DNA from: a virus | Lineage: Duplodnaviria > Heunggongvirae > Uroviricota > Caudoviricetes | Length of the DNA: 64,000 nt | Reading direction: 5' to 3' (one strand) | IMG/VR virus record: IMGVR_UViG_3300040810_000833 | Location: 1 to 64,000 of that record | Part shown: positions 55,433 to 64,000 of the stretch, one piece after another | Numbering within the stretch: the first letter of the stretch is position 1 | How the letters are laid out: each line of letters starts with the position of its first letter | The notes under the pieces: generated by a model | Seen by the model: the letters and a program-made list of their open reading frames with translations, nothing else | The model's database searches: none | What the model was told of the DNA's origin: nothing | Program-made: the position numbers and the translations under genes

Positions 55433-56443
55433 TCATTTGTCGCTTTCCTCAAGCCTTCCACCGCCAGCACCATACTTGCCAATTTTATTCAGATTGGCGT
55501 GATTGGCGACTACATAATCCATCCCTTTTGATCGTATCATCCTGTGGAAGTGTTGGCAAGTACTCATTCCAGTATTTTCATATTCTTGGGAAAATCTACA
55601 CAATCGTCGGCACTTGAAGTCAGTATGACTAGGAGATATTTGACTCGGGAGTTTTTTTCTCTTTATTTCTTCGAACTTCTCTCGTAGCATCTGTTCAGCT
55701 TTTTCGTAGTCTTCATCACCAAAAACAATATCGAAAACGCCGCCGTGATTAACATAATAAATGGAAACATAAAACGTCCTATCTGGGAAAATATTTCTTA
55801 ATGCATAGTAGTATAGCAGCAGCTGCTTGTCTTCACACAGGTCTTCATATGTTTTTTCCTTTCCTGTCGCCCAGTTCTTTCTTTGTCCGGTCTTGTAGTC
55901 AAGAACCTGAAAATACATACCTTCTTCGCGTATAATTACGTCAACCGTCCCCTTGAGAGATAAGTATCCATCAAAAACAGTATCGCCAACCTCGTAATGG
56001 TACTTGGCCCAATCTTTTCTTATTTCAAAATCAAAGAATTGCTCTGTCGCCTCTATGTTTTGATTTCTTGGGTCCATCACACCACCATTAAATGCTAACG
56101 CCTTCTCTACCCATCGAACACATTGGCGAAAGTCGGCCTCTTCAAGGCCAACGTCTTCCTCGTGGCTTTTGTAGTAATCAAAACAAACCCTTGTTACAAA
56201 ATCAATATTGTCGCATTCAGAAAAAGTCATATCCTGAATATCGTCGTTTTTTAGTTTTCTCTTCCTGTTTCTCTGGGCTATGGATTTATCTGCAAGAACC
56301 TGCATAACGCGATGAAAAATTGTTCCCATCACCGCCTTTTTGTTGGTTTTGTCTTTCATCCCAAGGACGTATTGGAAAAAGTATTTCATTTGACACATTT
56401 CGTAGGTGCCTAGAGATGAAGACCTATGGTAACAAATTATCAT
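55433..56443 (-). CDS. Cas4/RecB-family PD-(D/E)xK exonuclease with Fe-S cluster cysteines
   Basis: VLDYKTGQRK (DYKTG), QLLLYYYAL (QhxxY motif), N-terminal Cys plus C-terminal C-x4-C-x14-C (CRRLCRFSQEYENTGMSTC). Confidence 0.65.
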   Translation of the reverse strand: MIICYHRSSSLGTYEMCQMKYFFQYVLGMKDKTNKKAVMGTIFHRVMQVLADKSIAQRNRKRKLKNDDIQDMTFSECDNIDFVTRVCFDYYKSHEEDVGLEEADFRQCVRWVEKALAFNGGVMDPRNQNIEATEQFFDFEIRKDWAKYHYEVGDTVFDGYLSLKGTVDVIIREEGMYFQVLDYKTGQRKNWATGKEKTYEDLCEDKQLLLYYYALRNIFPDRTFYVSIYYVNHGGVFDIVFGDEDYEKAEQMLREKFEEIKRKKLPSQISPSHTDFKCRRLCRFSQEYENTGMSTCQHFHRMIRSKGMDYVVANHANLNKIGKYGAGGGRLEESDK

Positions 56444-56458
56444 TTATGTTCCTAACTA

Positions 56459-57352
56459 TTATCTAAGTTCAAATCGTTTTGGGGAAGTTGTAAATTCTCC
56501 ATCCCTATTTCTTTTCTGGCTCCCAAAGTTTTTCATCCTTTGTATACATCCAAGCCTTACGAGTTCATTTAGTAATGACTCGCACGACTCTTCGATCGTC
56601 ATTGATTGGTTTTCGATGACAGCATCAAATTTATCGTATCTGTCTAGCTGTGTCTCGCTCTCGTGAGAGCTTTGGTGTAAAGACCTTTTTAACCTAATGA
56701 CCTTTCCGCCAGCATTTTGGACCGCTTTCGCCTCGTTGACAAATCTGCAGTCAGATATTACAGCGATTGGTGGTGCATCCTCAGCAATCCTAGATATACA
56801 GTTATCAACCCACACCGGCTCATAAATCTTACGCATAACATCTGTACCAAAAAATTGCATGAATTCACGAGCAGTCATTGGGCCTGGGGTATGATACACA
56901 AACCCAAATTCACTTGGGTCTGTATTACCATTCTTAAAAGCAGGTCTGTCAACATAAACGCCCGGCATATTTTCCCACAGTAAATGCTCTTGTAGTTGGT
57001 TCTTTTGCTCGTCAGTTCCGTACAAACATTCGTAAGGAATTCTAAAAAGCGTCATGCAAATCTCTTTCAGTGAATCTGCAAAGTTGTACTCTCTGACAAA
57101 CGGCCATATATTATCCTCGGCATATCTGTAAAACTGGTGACTCCTTTGCGAGAGATCCATAAACCCTTCTGTCGAAGCCTGTTTTCCATTCTCGTCGGTG
57201 TAATCGAATTTAACAAAAAACTCCCCAGTTTCTGGGTGAATCGAAAAGCTATTGATCGATTCGCTTCGAAGCATTTCATAACCATGAATGAAATTAGAAA
57301 GAGTCCCTTTTCCGGACTGCTTTTTCCCGCACAGTGCTATTATCACAGTCAT
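56459..57352 (-). CDS. deoxynucleoside monophosphate kinase-like (T4 gp1-like) P-loop kinase
   Basis: N-terminal IIALCGKKQSGKGTLSNFI vs T4 gp1 IFLSGVKRSGKDTTADFI; ISDCRFVNEAKAVQNAGGKVIRLKR vs T4 VPDTRQDHEMDAARAMGATVIHVVR. Confidence 0.55.
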   Translation of the reverse strand: MTVIIALCGKKQSGKGTLSNFIHGYEMLRSESINSFSIHPETGEFFVKFDYTDENGKQASTEGFMDLSQRSHQFYRYAEDNIWPFVREYNFADSLKEICMTLFRIPYECLYGTDEQKNQLQEHLLWENMPGVYVDRPAFKNGNTDPSEFGFVYHTPGPMTAREFMQFFGTDVMRKIYEPVWVDNCISRIAEDAPPIAVISDCRFVNEAKAVQNAGGKVIRLKRSLHQSSHESETQLDRYDKFDAVIENQSMTIEESCESLLNELVRLGCIQRMKNFGSQKRNRDGEFTTSPKRFELR

Positions 57353-58398
57353 CAGTATTTACCTTTTATCTGAGGCTTTATGTCCGAGTCTATCTCTTCT
57401 ACCGACATATCACCAATATCATTGAATTCGCCTAACGCAACTCTACTCACAGTAAACAACGTTCCGAGTCTATTCTCAATGTCTTGATAGCAGTTATTTC
57501 CAGCATCATCATTGTCTGTTATTACAACGATGTTAGAAACTCCAGTTGACTGTATTAAGAACTCTTGAGAGTCGCTTAGTTTTGACCCAAAAATTCCTAC
57601 CGCGTTTCTTATTCCAGCTTCCCACAATCGTATTACATCACCAGCCCCTTCGACAACTATTATAGTCGCAGTCTCTTTAATTCGTTTTATTGCTTTGCCG
57701 TGATTATACAAAAAGTTTGATTTACTGAACCCCTTCTGATTTATCCACTTGGAGGAATTCTGTCTTGCCGACCTCCCGATACAGCCGACCATATATGTAT
57801 CATCAGAATCATAAACCGGAAACACGATGCGTCCGTACATCTTGCTTTCACGGGCAATACAAAGTCCGACATCAAATTCATTCAGTGCTTCTTCCGTGAA
57901 GCCTCTTGATAGATAGTACTGTGATGGAAAAGTCAGATACCTACGTACACGATCCCTGGTTATTTTTCTCCCCTCAGTTCTTGATTTTCTTTTGGTTTTT
58001 CTTTTTGTGGCGGTCGACTGATTTTTGGTATTCAGTTCTACGCCAGAGCAAAACTCCTCACAGAAATCAATGACTTCGCGAAACACTAACTGCTTCCCTC
58101 TCTTCTTTTCCAGAAGCATCCATGTTAACGATATAACGTCCTTTCCGGGTTTTTCATCATGGCATGACCTTGTATTGCAAAACCAACGACCATACCTACC
58201 CTGTTGGGATTCATCAATATTAATGTTGAACGCCGAAGAATTATCGCCCTCATGAACGGGACAGCACCCAACCAGTAAATCATCGCACTCAAAAAATGAA
58301 TCAGATAAATCAAAGTACTCTAGTAAATCAGAAAAGCGTCTCATCATTTTGATTCGCAGATTGCGAATCTTCTGATTCCGGGAAACCTCTTGTTGCAT
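57352..58398 (-). CDS. DNA primase (DnaG-like zinc-binding + TOPRIM)
   Basis: CPVHEGDNSSAF...CNTRSCH zinc motif; TOPRIM E-G-x-x-D (IIVVEGAGDV) and D-x-D (VVITDNDDAGN). Confidence 0.8.
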   Translation of the reverse strand: MQQEVSRNQKIRNLRIKMMRRFSDLLEYFDLSDSFFECDDLLVGCCPVHEGDNSSAFNINIDESQQGRYGRWFCNTRSCHDEKPGKDVISLTWMLLEKKRGKQLVFREVIDFCEEFCSGVELNTKNQSTATKRKTKRKSRTEGRKITRDRVRRYLTFPSQYYLSRGFTEEALNEFDVGLCIARESKMYGRIVFPVYDSDDTYMVGCIGRSARQNSSKWINQKGFSKSNFLYNHGKAIKRIKETATIIVVEGAGDVIRLWEAGIRNAVGIFGSKLSDSQEFLIQSTGVSNIVVITDNDDAGNNCYQDIENRLGTLFTVSRVALGEFNDIGDMSVEEIDSDIKPQIKGKY

Positions 58399-59800
58399 TT
58401 CTATTTAACTCCCTAATTGTACCAAGTTCTTCAATTCTCGCCAAGGAACCATCCATATTGAGGCATATGTATCCATCATCACCTATACCGGGTCCATGCC
58501 TAGAAACAACAGGGATCAGCTTTTTGTTTCCATTGCTTATTCCGTCTGACATTATTTCTTCTTCGGTTTTGTTCTTAAATATTGAAAATGACGTACATAA
58601 CCAAACAAGCCTATCAGACCCAGAGACGACGTCTGTTGTTTCTTTTGTTATTCCATCCCTGTTTAATTGCACGAACGACAAGCATGGACAGTCGTTCTCA
58701 ACACAGAAGTTATGTAGAGCGGTTATCTGAAACCCAAGTACTTGAAACTCGGCGAGATTGCTGCTAATACTAGAAGACGTCATCAATTTGAGGTAATCAT
58801 AAATAATTACACAATCCTTCAGCCTCCCGTTTTCATCGTACCCGACTTTTTTTAGAAGCCATCTCTTCATTATGGAAAGTGTCTCGTCGAATGGCCTGCC
58901 AGCAATACTCACATAGTCATACGGTATTGAAGACATTTTTTCTACAGCCGAATTGACCGCATCAACATTCGACTGATTCGAAAAGAATGAACCCGAAGCC
59001 ACGCTATTTATTTCAACGCCGCTTAGGTTGGCGGTAATTCTATTCCAATGATCCTCCGTGCTCATTTCTGTATCGAGCATTAAAACTGGTATTCCATACT
59101 TCGTAGTTATGTTCAATGCGACATTGTCTGCTAATACAGACTTGCCAGTTTTTGGTCTAGCAGCTATTAGATCTACACATTTTCGCCTCAAACCTCCGCC
59201 GATAGATTGATCAAAAGCGGCATATCCTGTCGGTATTCCAATCGACTTTCCTTTGTTTTGCTTTACGTGCTCTATGTATTCACGTATTCCATCCCCTATC
59301 GACCGTGGTGAAAAATCATCCTCACGCATAAACGACATGCAAATATCTTGAATTGGAGATTCTACCATAGACAGTATCGATGCTATGGTCTCTTCTCCAG
59401 TAACCGAGTTCTCAAGATCGGTATAAATCCCACGCAGGCTTTGCTGGAGGGTCCTCGCGAACTGCAATCTTTTCAAGATCTTTGCGTGATGTTCCACCGA
59501 CTCAAGTCTGATTGGTGTGTTTATCAGTCCATTGAGGTGATGCAAAACTTCGTCCCGTTCCACGATCTGGTCAAGACCTAGCGTCCTAGCCGAAGAAAGG
59601 ATGTCAGTAAGGGACGTAGATTCTCTCTCATTTAGAGAATGCCTTGCACATTTAAACAGAACCTTGTTTTGTTCAAGGGTGAAGCTCTCTTCATCAACAT
59701 AAAGATCAACCTCAAGCAAGCACTCCCTACCGTGCTGTATTATTCCCGAGAGAACAGATCTTTCTGATGGTATGTTTGATTTTGTGAGTTCTTTACCCAT
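58328..59800 (-). CDS. DnaB-family replicative helicase
   Basis: IPTGYAAFDQSIGGGLRRKCVDLIAARPKTGKSVLADNVALNI (Walker A within the DnaB C-terminal-domain context). Confidence 0.8.
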   Translation of the reverse strand: MGKELTKSNIPSERSVLSGIIQHGRECLLEVDLYVDEESFTLEQNKVLFKCARHSLNERESTSLTDILSSARTLGLDQIVERDEVLHHLNGLINTPIRLESVEHHAKILKRLQFARTLQQSLRGIYTDLENSVTGEETIASILSMVESPIQDICMSFMREDDFSPRSIGDGIREYIEHVKQNKGKSIGIPTGYAAFDQSIGGGLRRKCVDLIAARPKTGKSVLADNVALNITTKYGIPVLMLDTEMSTEDHWNRITANLSGVEINSVASGSFFSNQSNVDAVNSAVEKMSSIPYDYVSIAGRPFDETLSIMKRWLLKKVGYDENGRLKDCVIIYDYLKLMTSSSISSNLAEFQVLGFQITALHNFCVENDCPCLSFVQLNRDGITKETTDVVSGSDRLVWLCTSFSIFKNKTEEEIMSDGISNGNKKLIPVVSRHGPGIGDDGYICLNMDGSLARIEELGTIRELNRNATRGFPESEDSQSANQNDETLF

Positions 59801-59801
59801 A

Positions 59802-60383
59802 TTATCGACCCGATCTTGATTGGCATCGTGTGCATGAATAATTTGCTTTTGCCAGTATAGGGTTTGTTTCCTCAGACCTACCGCAGTTTGTACATGTTGC
59901 CGTGACTGGCTTATAAGCCGGTCGCGGCCGTCTCACGAATTCTTGATTTCTGTCTTGTATTGCATCGTATCCATGCTGGCTTTTTACCTCCCTATCTAGA
60001 CCAGTCATAGAATCAAACTTATTTTCCCTGACCCTCGCCGGTTGATCTTTTATTTTGGTTGTCTCTGTGCGTTTGGCTGTCTTTTTTTTGGTTGCTTTCT
60101 TGGCTCTCTTGGCTTTCTTCTTTGGTGTTTCAGGATTCTTTTCAGCAATGGAATCAACACCCATGATTGATACTTGAAGATCCTTGATGGCACGCATCAC
60201 ATCAGTGTACTGATTGGGAGTTGTTGGTGATGGCTCTTTCTCCAATTCAATTTCTTCTCCACTCAGCTGACAATAGACACACGCCACACTTTCCCAGCAC
60301 TTATTATTTATCGCCTCTCTTAGGGTTGTTATTGAGTTTGTCAAGTCTTCAATTAGTTCATTTAAGTTTGATGTTGTGCTCAT
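59802..60383 (-). CDS. hypothetical basic protein with a C-terminal zinc ribbon
   Basis: Lys-rich centre; CTNCGRSEE...CTRCQ. Confidence 0.4.
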   Translation of the reverse strand: MSTTSNLNELIEDLTNSITTLREAINNKCWESVACVYCQLSGEEIELEKEPSPTTPNQYTDVMRAIKDLQVSIMGVDSIAEKNPETPKKKAKRAKKATKKKTAKRTETTKIKDQPARVRENKFDSMTGLDREVKSQHGYDAIQDRNQEFVRRPRPAYKPVTATCTNCGRSEETNPILAKANYSCTRCQSRSGR

Positions 60384-60883
60384 TGAAATCTCCTAGCGTT
60401 ACCAAAATCCTGAAAAGTATTAACTCTACGTTTTATGTCTTTGCATTCATCTTCAGTTAATTGAATTGCTGCATATATCCTTATTCTTATCTTGTTTAGT
60501 GTTGCGGCGTAAGTGTTTTCTGAAATTATAGCCTGCTTCTTGACTTCGGCTGGCATCCATTTGTCGTAATCCATCCAAGACTTAGAGAATACATAGTTCA
60601 ATCCATCTTCACACCACGAGTACTGACTCCTGAGCGTAGCAACTTTTTTTTGCAAGTAACTTGCATAGTTCATTAGTGTCGCGGCATATGCAAAGCATTC
60701 ACTTTGATCCAGATGCATTATAGTCGAAGTGTCGAGCGACAATATCTCTCTACACCGCTCCTCATCGTAAGAAGAGTAAATTCGATCAGCACAAAATCCT
60801 TCGATCCATTGGGTTATATTCAATAGGCCAGGATAGGATGAAAGATCAATGTCCTCGCCTATGATTTCAACATCTCTGTCCAT
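60380..60883 (-). CDS. hypothetical protein (167 aa)
   Basis: ORF, coupled. Confidence 0.4.
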   Translation of the reverse strand: MDRDVEIIGEDIDLSSYPGLLNITQWIEGFCADRIYSSYDEERCREILSLDTSTIMHLDQSECFAYAATLMNYASYLQKKVATLRSQYSWCEDGLNYVFSKSWMDYDKWMPAEVKKQAIISENTYAATLNKIRIRIYAAIQLTEDECKDIKRRVNTFQDFGNARRFQ

Positions 60884-61275
60884 TTTTTTCTTTCGTTGTA
60901 TGGGAGTACTATCAATCTTATATCGTTAAGATTGCACCAATCCGCTTTGTCGCGATCACGCATCTTCGCGTTTACAAACTCCATCTGACTCCTGTAAAAG
61001 AAGTGGGACATTTTGTAGTGCTGCTCTCCATGAACTTCAATAACTGTCATCAAATCGGGGATAAAAAAATCGGCATAAAGAAGAGACTTCATGCCAAATT
61101 TTTTAGATCCTGGGAGGGTTACTTCCTCGTACACGGAGTTATTAGGCCATACTTGACTTATTATAAGCCTAGCCTCTCTGTGTAATGAGGATGTTTTTTT
61201 CCTGAACTTTCTGTTTCTATTTTTCGCGTAGTTGAATTTGTGTTGCTTTCCGTCAAATCCAGTAACACTAATCAT
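60859..61275 (-). CDS. DUF559/Vsr-like endonuclease domain protein (homing-endonuclease-like)
   Basis: ADFFIPDLMTVIEVHGEQHY ... DIRLIVLPY; shares the [DF]FIP..T.IE[VI].G.QH[YF] motif with 44962..45813. Confidence 0.45.
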   Translation of the reverse strand: MISVTGFDGKQHKFNYAKNRNRKFRKKTSSLHREARLIISQVWPNNSVYEEVTLPGSKKFGMKSLLYADFFIPDLMTVIEVHGEQHYKMSHFFYRSQMEFVNAKMRDRDKADWCNLNDIRLIVLPYNERKKWTEMLKS

Positions 61276-62311
61276 TCTGCAAGAAATCCTGCACTCTTTT
61301 TCTTACTTCCCTATATATGTCTTGACGCTCAGACAAAAAGTCATATATCTTTGACTGCCCTTGAAATTTTGGTGACTGCTCAAACTCTTCCATCTCTGAA
61401 AGAAACGGTATTGAGTACCATGCACCAGCTTTATCGACTATCCCAAAAGACTCGGCAAGTTCTATAACTTCTTTTTCTTTGTCAATACCCTTGCCGTATC
61501 TAATGTAGCTGATACAATCTGTGCCAGAGGCACCTAGTGATGAACACGCAATGTCCCAATGTACCAACTGTCCTATTTTCTTTCCGCCCTCTTCCCATGG
61601 TTCAATTCTAGCAATATCAATACGAGTGTCTGCTTGGTATTGCACCATCTTTCCGCAGTCTGGAACTTTGACTTTTCCATACCCAGAGGTGTTTGTGATA
61701 TAGTGCGTAATTATAAGGACAATGATCCTGTTGTTTACTACAGATTGTGCATTTTTCTTTATCCAGTGAGATAAAAGCTTGGGGAGACTCGCACGTATTG
61801 TAGCGGAAGCACTTTCGTCAAGCTCCGCCCTTGGTACTAAGCTTGAGCATGAATCTATAACTAGGACAGAACCAGCATTTTCTTTTCTTTTGATCAACCC
61901 CTCGGCGATATTTAGGAAGTCCTCCGCAGAAAGCTGCTCGCCATCATCTGGGCTATGCACGATGTTAATTTTTTCTATATCGAGCCCATCAATACCGACA
62001 AGATTATAGGCCTTTAGCCTACTCTCTCCGTCGAGGTATATCACATTTCGACCATCCTTCTGTGCATTGCTGCATATCTGGAGGCATGTAGTTGTTTTTC
62101 CAGTTTTAGGGTCTCCTGATACTATTGTCCAGCTTCCCTCAAGAATGCCACCATTTAGTGCAATATCAAGTCGTGGGCCAACGCTTAAAACACCTAAGTC
62201 CTTCTTTGCTTCTATCAGTTCAGATCCGCGAGAGACAACATGCCCAAAAGCCTTTCTTATTTTTTCATCAGTGCTTAGGTCAAGTCTTTTATCTTTTTTG
62301 TCTTTTGGCAT
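61268..62311 (-). CDS. RecA-family recombinase (UvsX/Sak4-like)
   Basis: LDIALNGGILEGSWTIVSGDPKTGKTTTCLQICSNAQKDGRNVIYLDGE aligns with the RecA L2 / Walker A region. Confidence 0.7.
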   Translation of the reverse strand: MPKDKKDKRLDLSTDEKIRKAFGHVVSRGSELIEAKKDLGVLSVGPRLDIALNGGILEGSWTIVSGDPKTGKTTTCLQICSNAQKDGRNVIYLDGESRLKAYNLVGIDGLDIEKINIVHSPDDGEQLSAEDFLNIAEGLIKRKENAGSVLVIDSCSSLVPRAELDESASATIRASLPKLLSHWIKKNAQSVVNNRIIVLIITHYITNTSGYGKVKVPDCGKMVQYQADTRIDIARIEPWEEGGKKIGQLVHWDIACSSLGASGTDCISYIRYGKGIDKEKEVIELAESFGIVDKAGAWYSIPFLSEMEEFEQSPKFQGQSKIYDFLSERQDIYREVRKRVQDFLQND

Positions 62312-62775
62312 TATAGGCCTTTCATCTTGTTTTTACCTTTACTGAATGGCTTAGAAATTTCTTGCCTCTGAGAATCTTGAGTTTGTATCAATACTCTATC
62401 GGCGTAATATCTTTCAAACCTCTCAATAATTGGTATCAATTTCTTGTCTTGTAGTTTGAATATAAACCTAGCTTCTGGAGATTGAAGTGCTTGAGATACG
62501 CACTGTACTCTATACCTTTGTAAGAGCCTAGACGCCTGTATTACCTGCCCCTTATACGCTCCGTTCAGCTTGTTTCCCGTTAGCCAAAACTGTTCAGGGT
62601 TTCTACCTGAATTAAAGTGATTGCTACGCTTTTCAAAAATCAATTCAGCTAAATAATTGGGCGGCGTTATGTAGCCGCCCTTGAACTTGGATTTGAATGG
62701 ATGCGTTTCGCTCTGAGGGTGCTCCCTAGTCGTCCGCCTTTTTGAGTGGGGTGTGGATGTGCCCTCTTTTGTCAT
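62311..62775 (-). CDS. hypothetical protein (154 aa)
   Basis: ORF; no recognisable motif. Confidence 0.35.
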   Translation of the reverse strand: MTKEGTSTPHSKRRTTREHPQSETHPFKSKFKGGYITPPNYLAELIFEKRSNHFNSGRNPEQFWLTGNKLNGAYKGQVIQASRLLQRYRVQCVSQALQSPEARFIFKLQDKKLIPIIERFERYYADRVLIQTQDSQRQEISKPFSKGKNKMKGL

Positions 62776-63112
62776 AACCCTTTTTAACCCCTTTCGGATT
62801 TTCTTGTTCTGCCGCAGCCCGTGTCATCACAGCGAATCCTTTTTTTGGATCTCTAACCATAAAGTTTGTGTTTTGTTCGGCAGATGCCTTGTTGATGACA
62901 ACCATATCTAGGCTCACTCCTAGTTCTTCAGCTTTCATTTTATCTGTGTCTTGTGAGTTTTGTAGATAAAACAGCTCTGCCTTAGTTAGAGTTCTTTTGC
63001 TGTCATCATTTTCTGCGGGTGTTTTATCTAGATTGGATGTGTCATTAACACTCGCTTGATTTTCTTCTGGCTGTTCTTTCTTCTTCCTGTTGGTTGTTTT
63101 CCTTGGTGGCAT
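62726..63112 (-). CDS. hypothetical protein with a basic N-terminus (128 aa)
   Basis: ORF. Confidence 0.35.
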   Translation of the reverse strand: MPPRKTTNRKKKEQPEENQASVNDTSNLDKTPAENDDSKRTLTKAELFYLQNSQDTDKMKAEELGVSLDMVVINKASAEQNTNFMVRDPKKGFAVMTRAAAEQENPKGVKKGYDKRGHIHTPLKKADD

Positions 63113-63238
63113 ATTTTATATTCCTTCCGTTAGGTATTGATATTTTTACGTCGGCGTATGCATGACGTATTGATTGATTTTTTTCTGCACGACTCTGTGC
63201 TGCTTCATTCAGCATGACGATTGTTTCTAGACACCACA

Positions 63239-63580
63239 TTATGCACCCCTTATAAATCTGTCCTTTTGTTTTTCATTCATTGAGTTGATTTTGCGATGCA
63301 TTTCTCTTCTCGCCTGCTTCATCGGGTCTTTTTTCTGATCAGCTTCTCTGAGTCTTCGCTCCTCAACTTCGCTAGAACCTAGCCGTTTCGCGTTTCTCTC
63401 AGACAGCTGCCCTATTGTTGTTGGATCGCCCCGAACAAATACCATCGGTGCAGATATCAACCTTTCCATGGATGCAGAACCGCACCTTTCGCAATCTATT
63501 ATAGGAGGTTCTGTCAGCCCCTGACTGACGTCTTTTAATTGGAACTGACAGTTTTCACAAAAATAATCATAACAAGGCAT
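63239..63580 (-). CDS. FmdB-family zinc-ribbon protein
   Basis: MPCYDYFCENCQF...CERCGS matches the FmdB MP-x-Y-x-Y-x-C-x2-C ... C-x2-CG pattern. Confidence 0.55.
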   Translation of the reverse strand: MPCYDYFCENCQFQLKDVSQGLTEPPIIDCERCGSASMERLISAPMVFVRGDPTTIGQLSERNAKRLGSSEVEERRLREADQKKDPMKQARREMHRKINSMNEKQKDRFIRGA

Positions 63581-63582
63581 TA

Positions 63583-64000
63583 CTAAAAATCTCCATGTTC
63601 CAGTGCTCTCAAGACTCTGCCAATAATACCGTTTCTTTGTATATCCTCGTAGCTCAGGGTGCAGACTCCGACACCCTCCACCGTTTTTAGTTTATTCGTT
63701 AAAACAGATAGACCATTCTGTCCACCAATGTCTGACTGCTTAACGTCGCCATTGATAACTATTTTAGAGTCTCTACCCATTCGTGTTATGAACATTTTTA
63801 ATTGTTCTAGGGTACAGTTTTGAGCTTCGTCAAGGATCATGCATGATCGATTAAAGGTCGCACCACGCATGACCTCTAAAGGCTCATACCGGATTCTTCC
63901 ATTGTTTAGGTGATTTCCATAATTTGCCTGACCAAGAAAAGACCTTATATTTTCTTCTATAGGTTTTAGGTATGGGGCTATCTTCTCATGCATCTCTCCA
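63583..64000 (-). CDS. phoH: PhoH-like ATPase, C-terminal part (gene start lies beyond the window end)
   Basis: ILDEAQNCTLEQLKMFITRMGRDSKIVINGDVKQSD is a PhoH signature. Confidence 0.75.
   Translation of the reverse strand, partial: GEMHEKIAPYLKPIEENIRSFLGQANYGNHLNNGRIRYEPLEVMRGATFNRSCMILDEAQNCTLEQLKMFITRMGRDSKIVINGDVKQSDIGGQNGLSVLTNKLKTVEGVGVCTLSYEDIQRNGIIGRVLRALEHGDF

Overview
This window reads as part of a tailed dsDNA phage genome, or possibly a prophage. GC is moderate, Shine-Dalgarno sites are GGAGG-like, and the very long tape-measure gene points to a siphovirus-like long tail. Four blocks are visible. (1) nt 1-5800 is a minus-strand early-type region of at least 12 very small genes. 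Each gene is followed by one of three families of conserved structured repeats (A x4, B x5, C x5). The region includes a tandem triplication of a 68-aa gene family and a duplicated ~0.87-kb module carrying acidic 61/66-aa proteins. (2) nt 6200-11500 carries HNH endonucleases, a sigma-like protein, a minimal C5-methyltransferase-like protein, a Tat-signal DUF1501 protein, an ERCC4-type nuclease and an SPFH protein. (3) nt 11500-42900 is a plus-strand packaging, head and tail module. It holds the large terminase, a portal, a scaffold, the major capsid protein followed by a clear terminator, an 802-aa fibre with a near-perfect 252-bp tandem duplication, a 1947-aa tape measure, and a Cys-rich LamG receptor-binding protein. 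(4) nt 42900-64000 is a minus-strand block. It holds a glycosyltransferase / nucleotidyltransferase cluster placed behind an ECF-type sigma factor. After that comes a replication module: a DNA Pol III alpha (DnaE) split into N and C genes with a DnaQ-like exonuclease gene between them, an OB-fold protein, a Cas4/RecB-like Fe-S nuclease, a T4-gp1-like dNMP kinase, a DnaG primase, a DnaB helicase and a RecA/UvsX-like recombinase. An FmdB zinc ribbon and a partial PhoH gene close the window. No rRNA, tRNA or CRISPR array could be supported. The most unusual parts are the repeat-punctuated early gene arrays with alternative-pairing hairpins and palindromic operator-like motifs, the glycosylation cluster, and the split polymerase with an intercalated proofreading gene.
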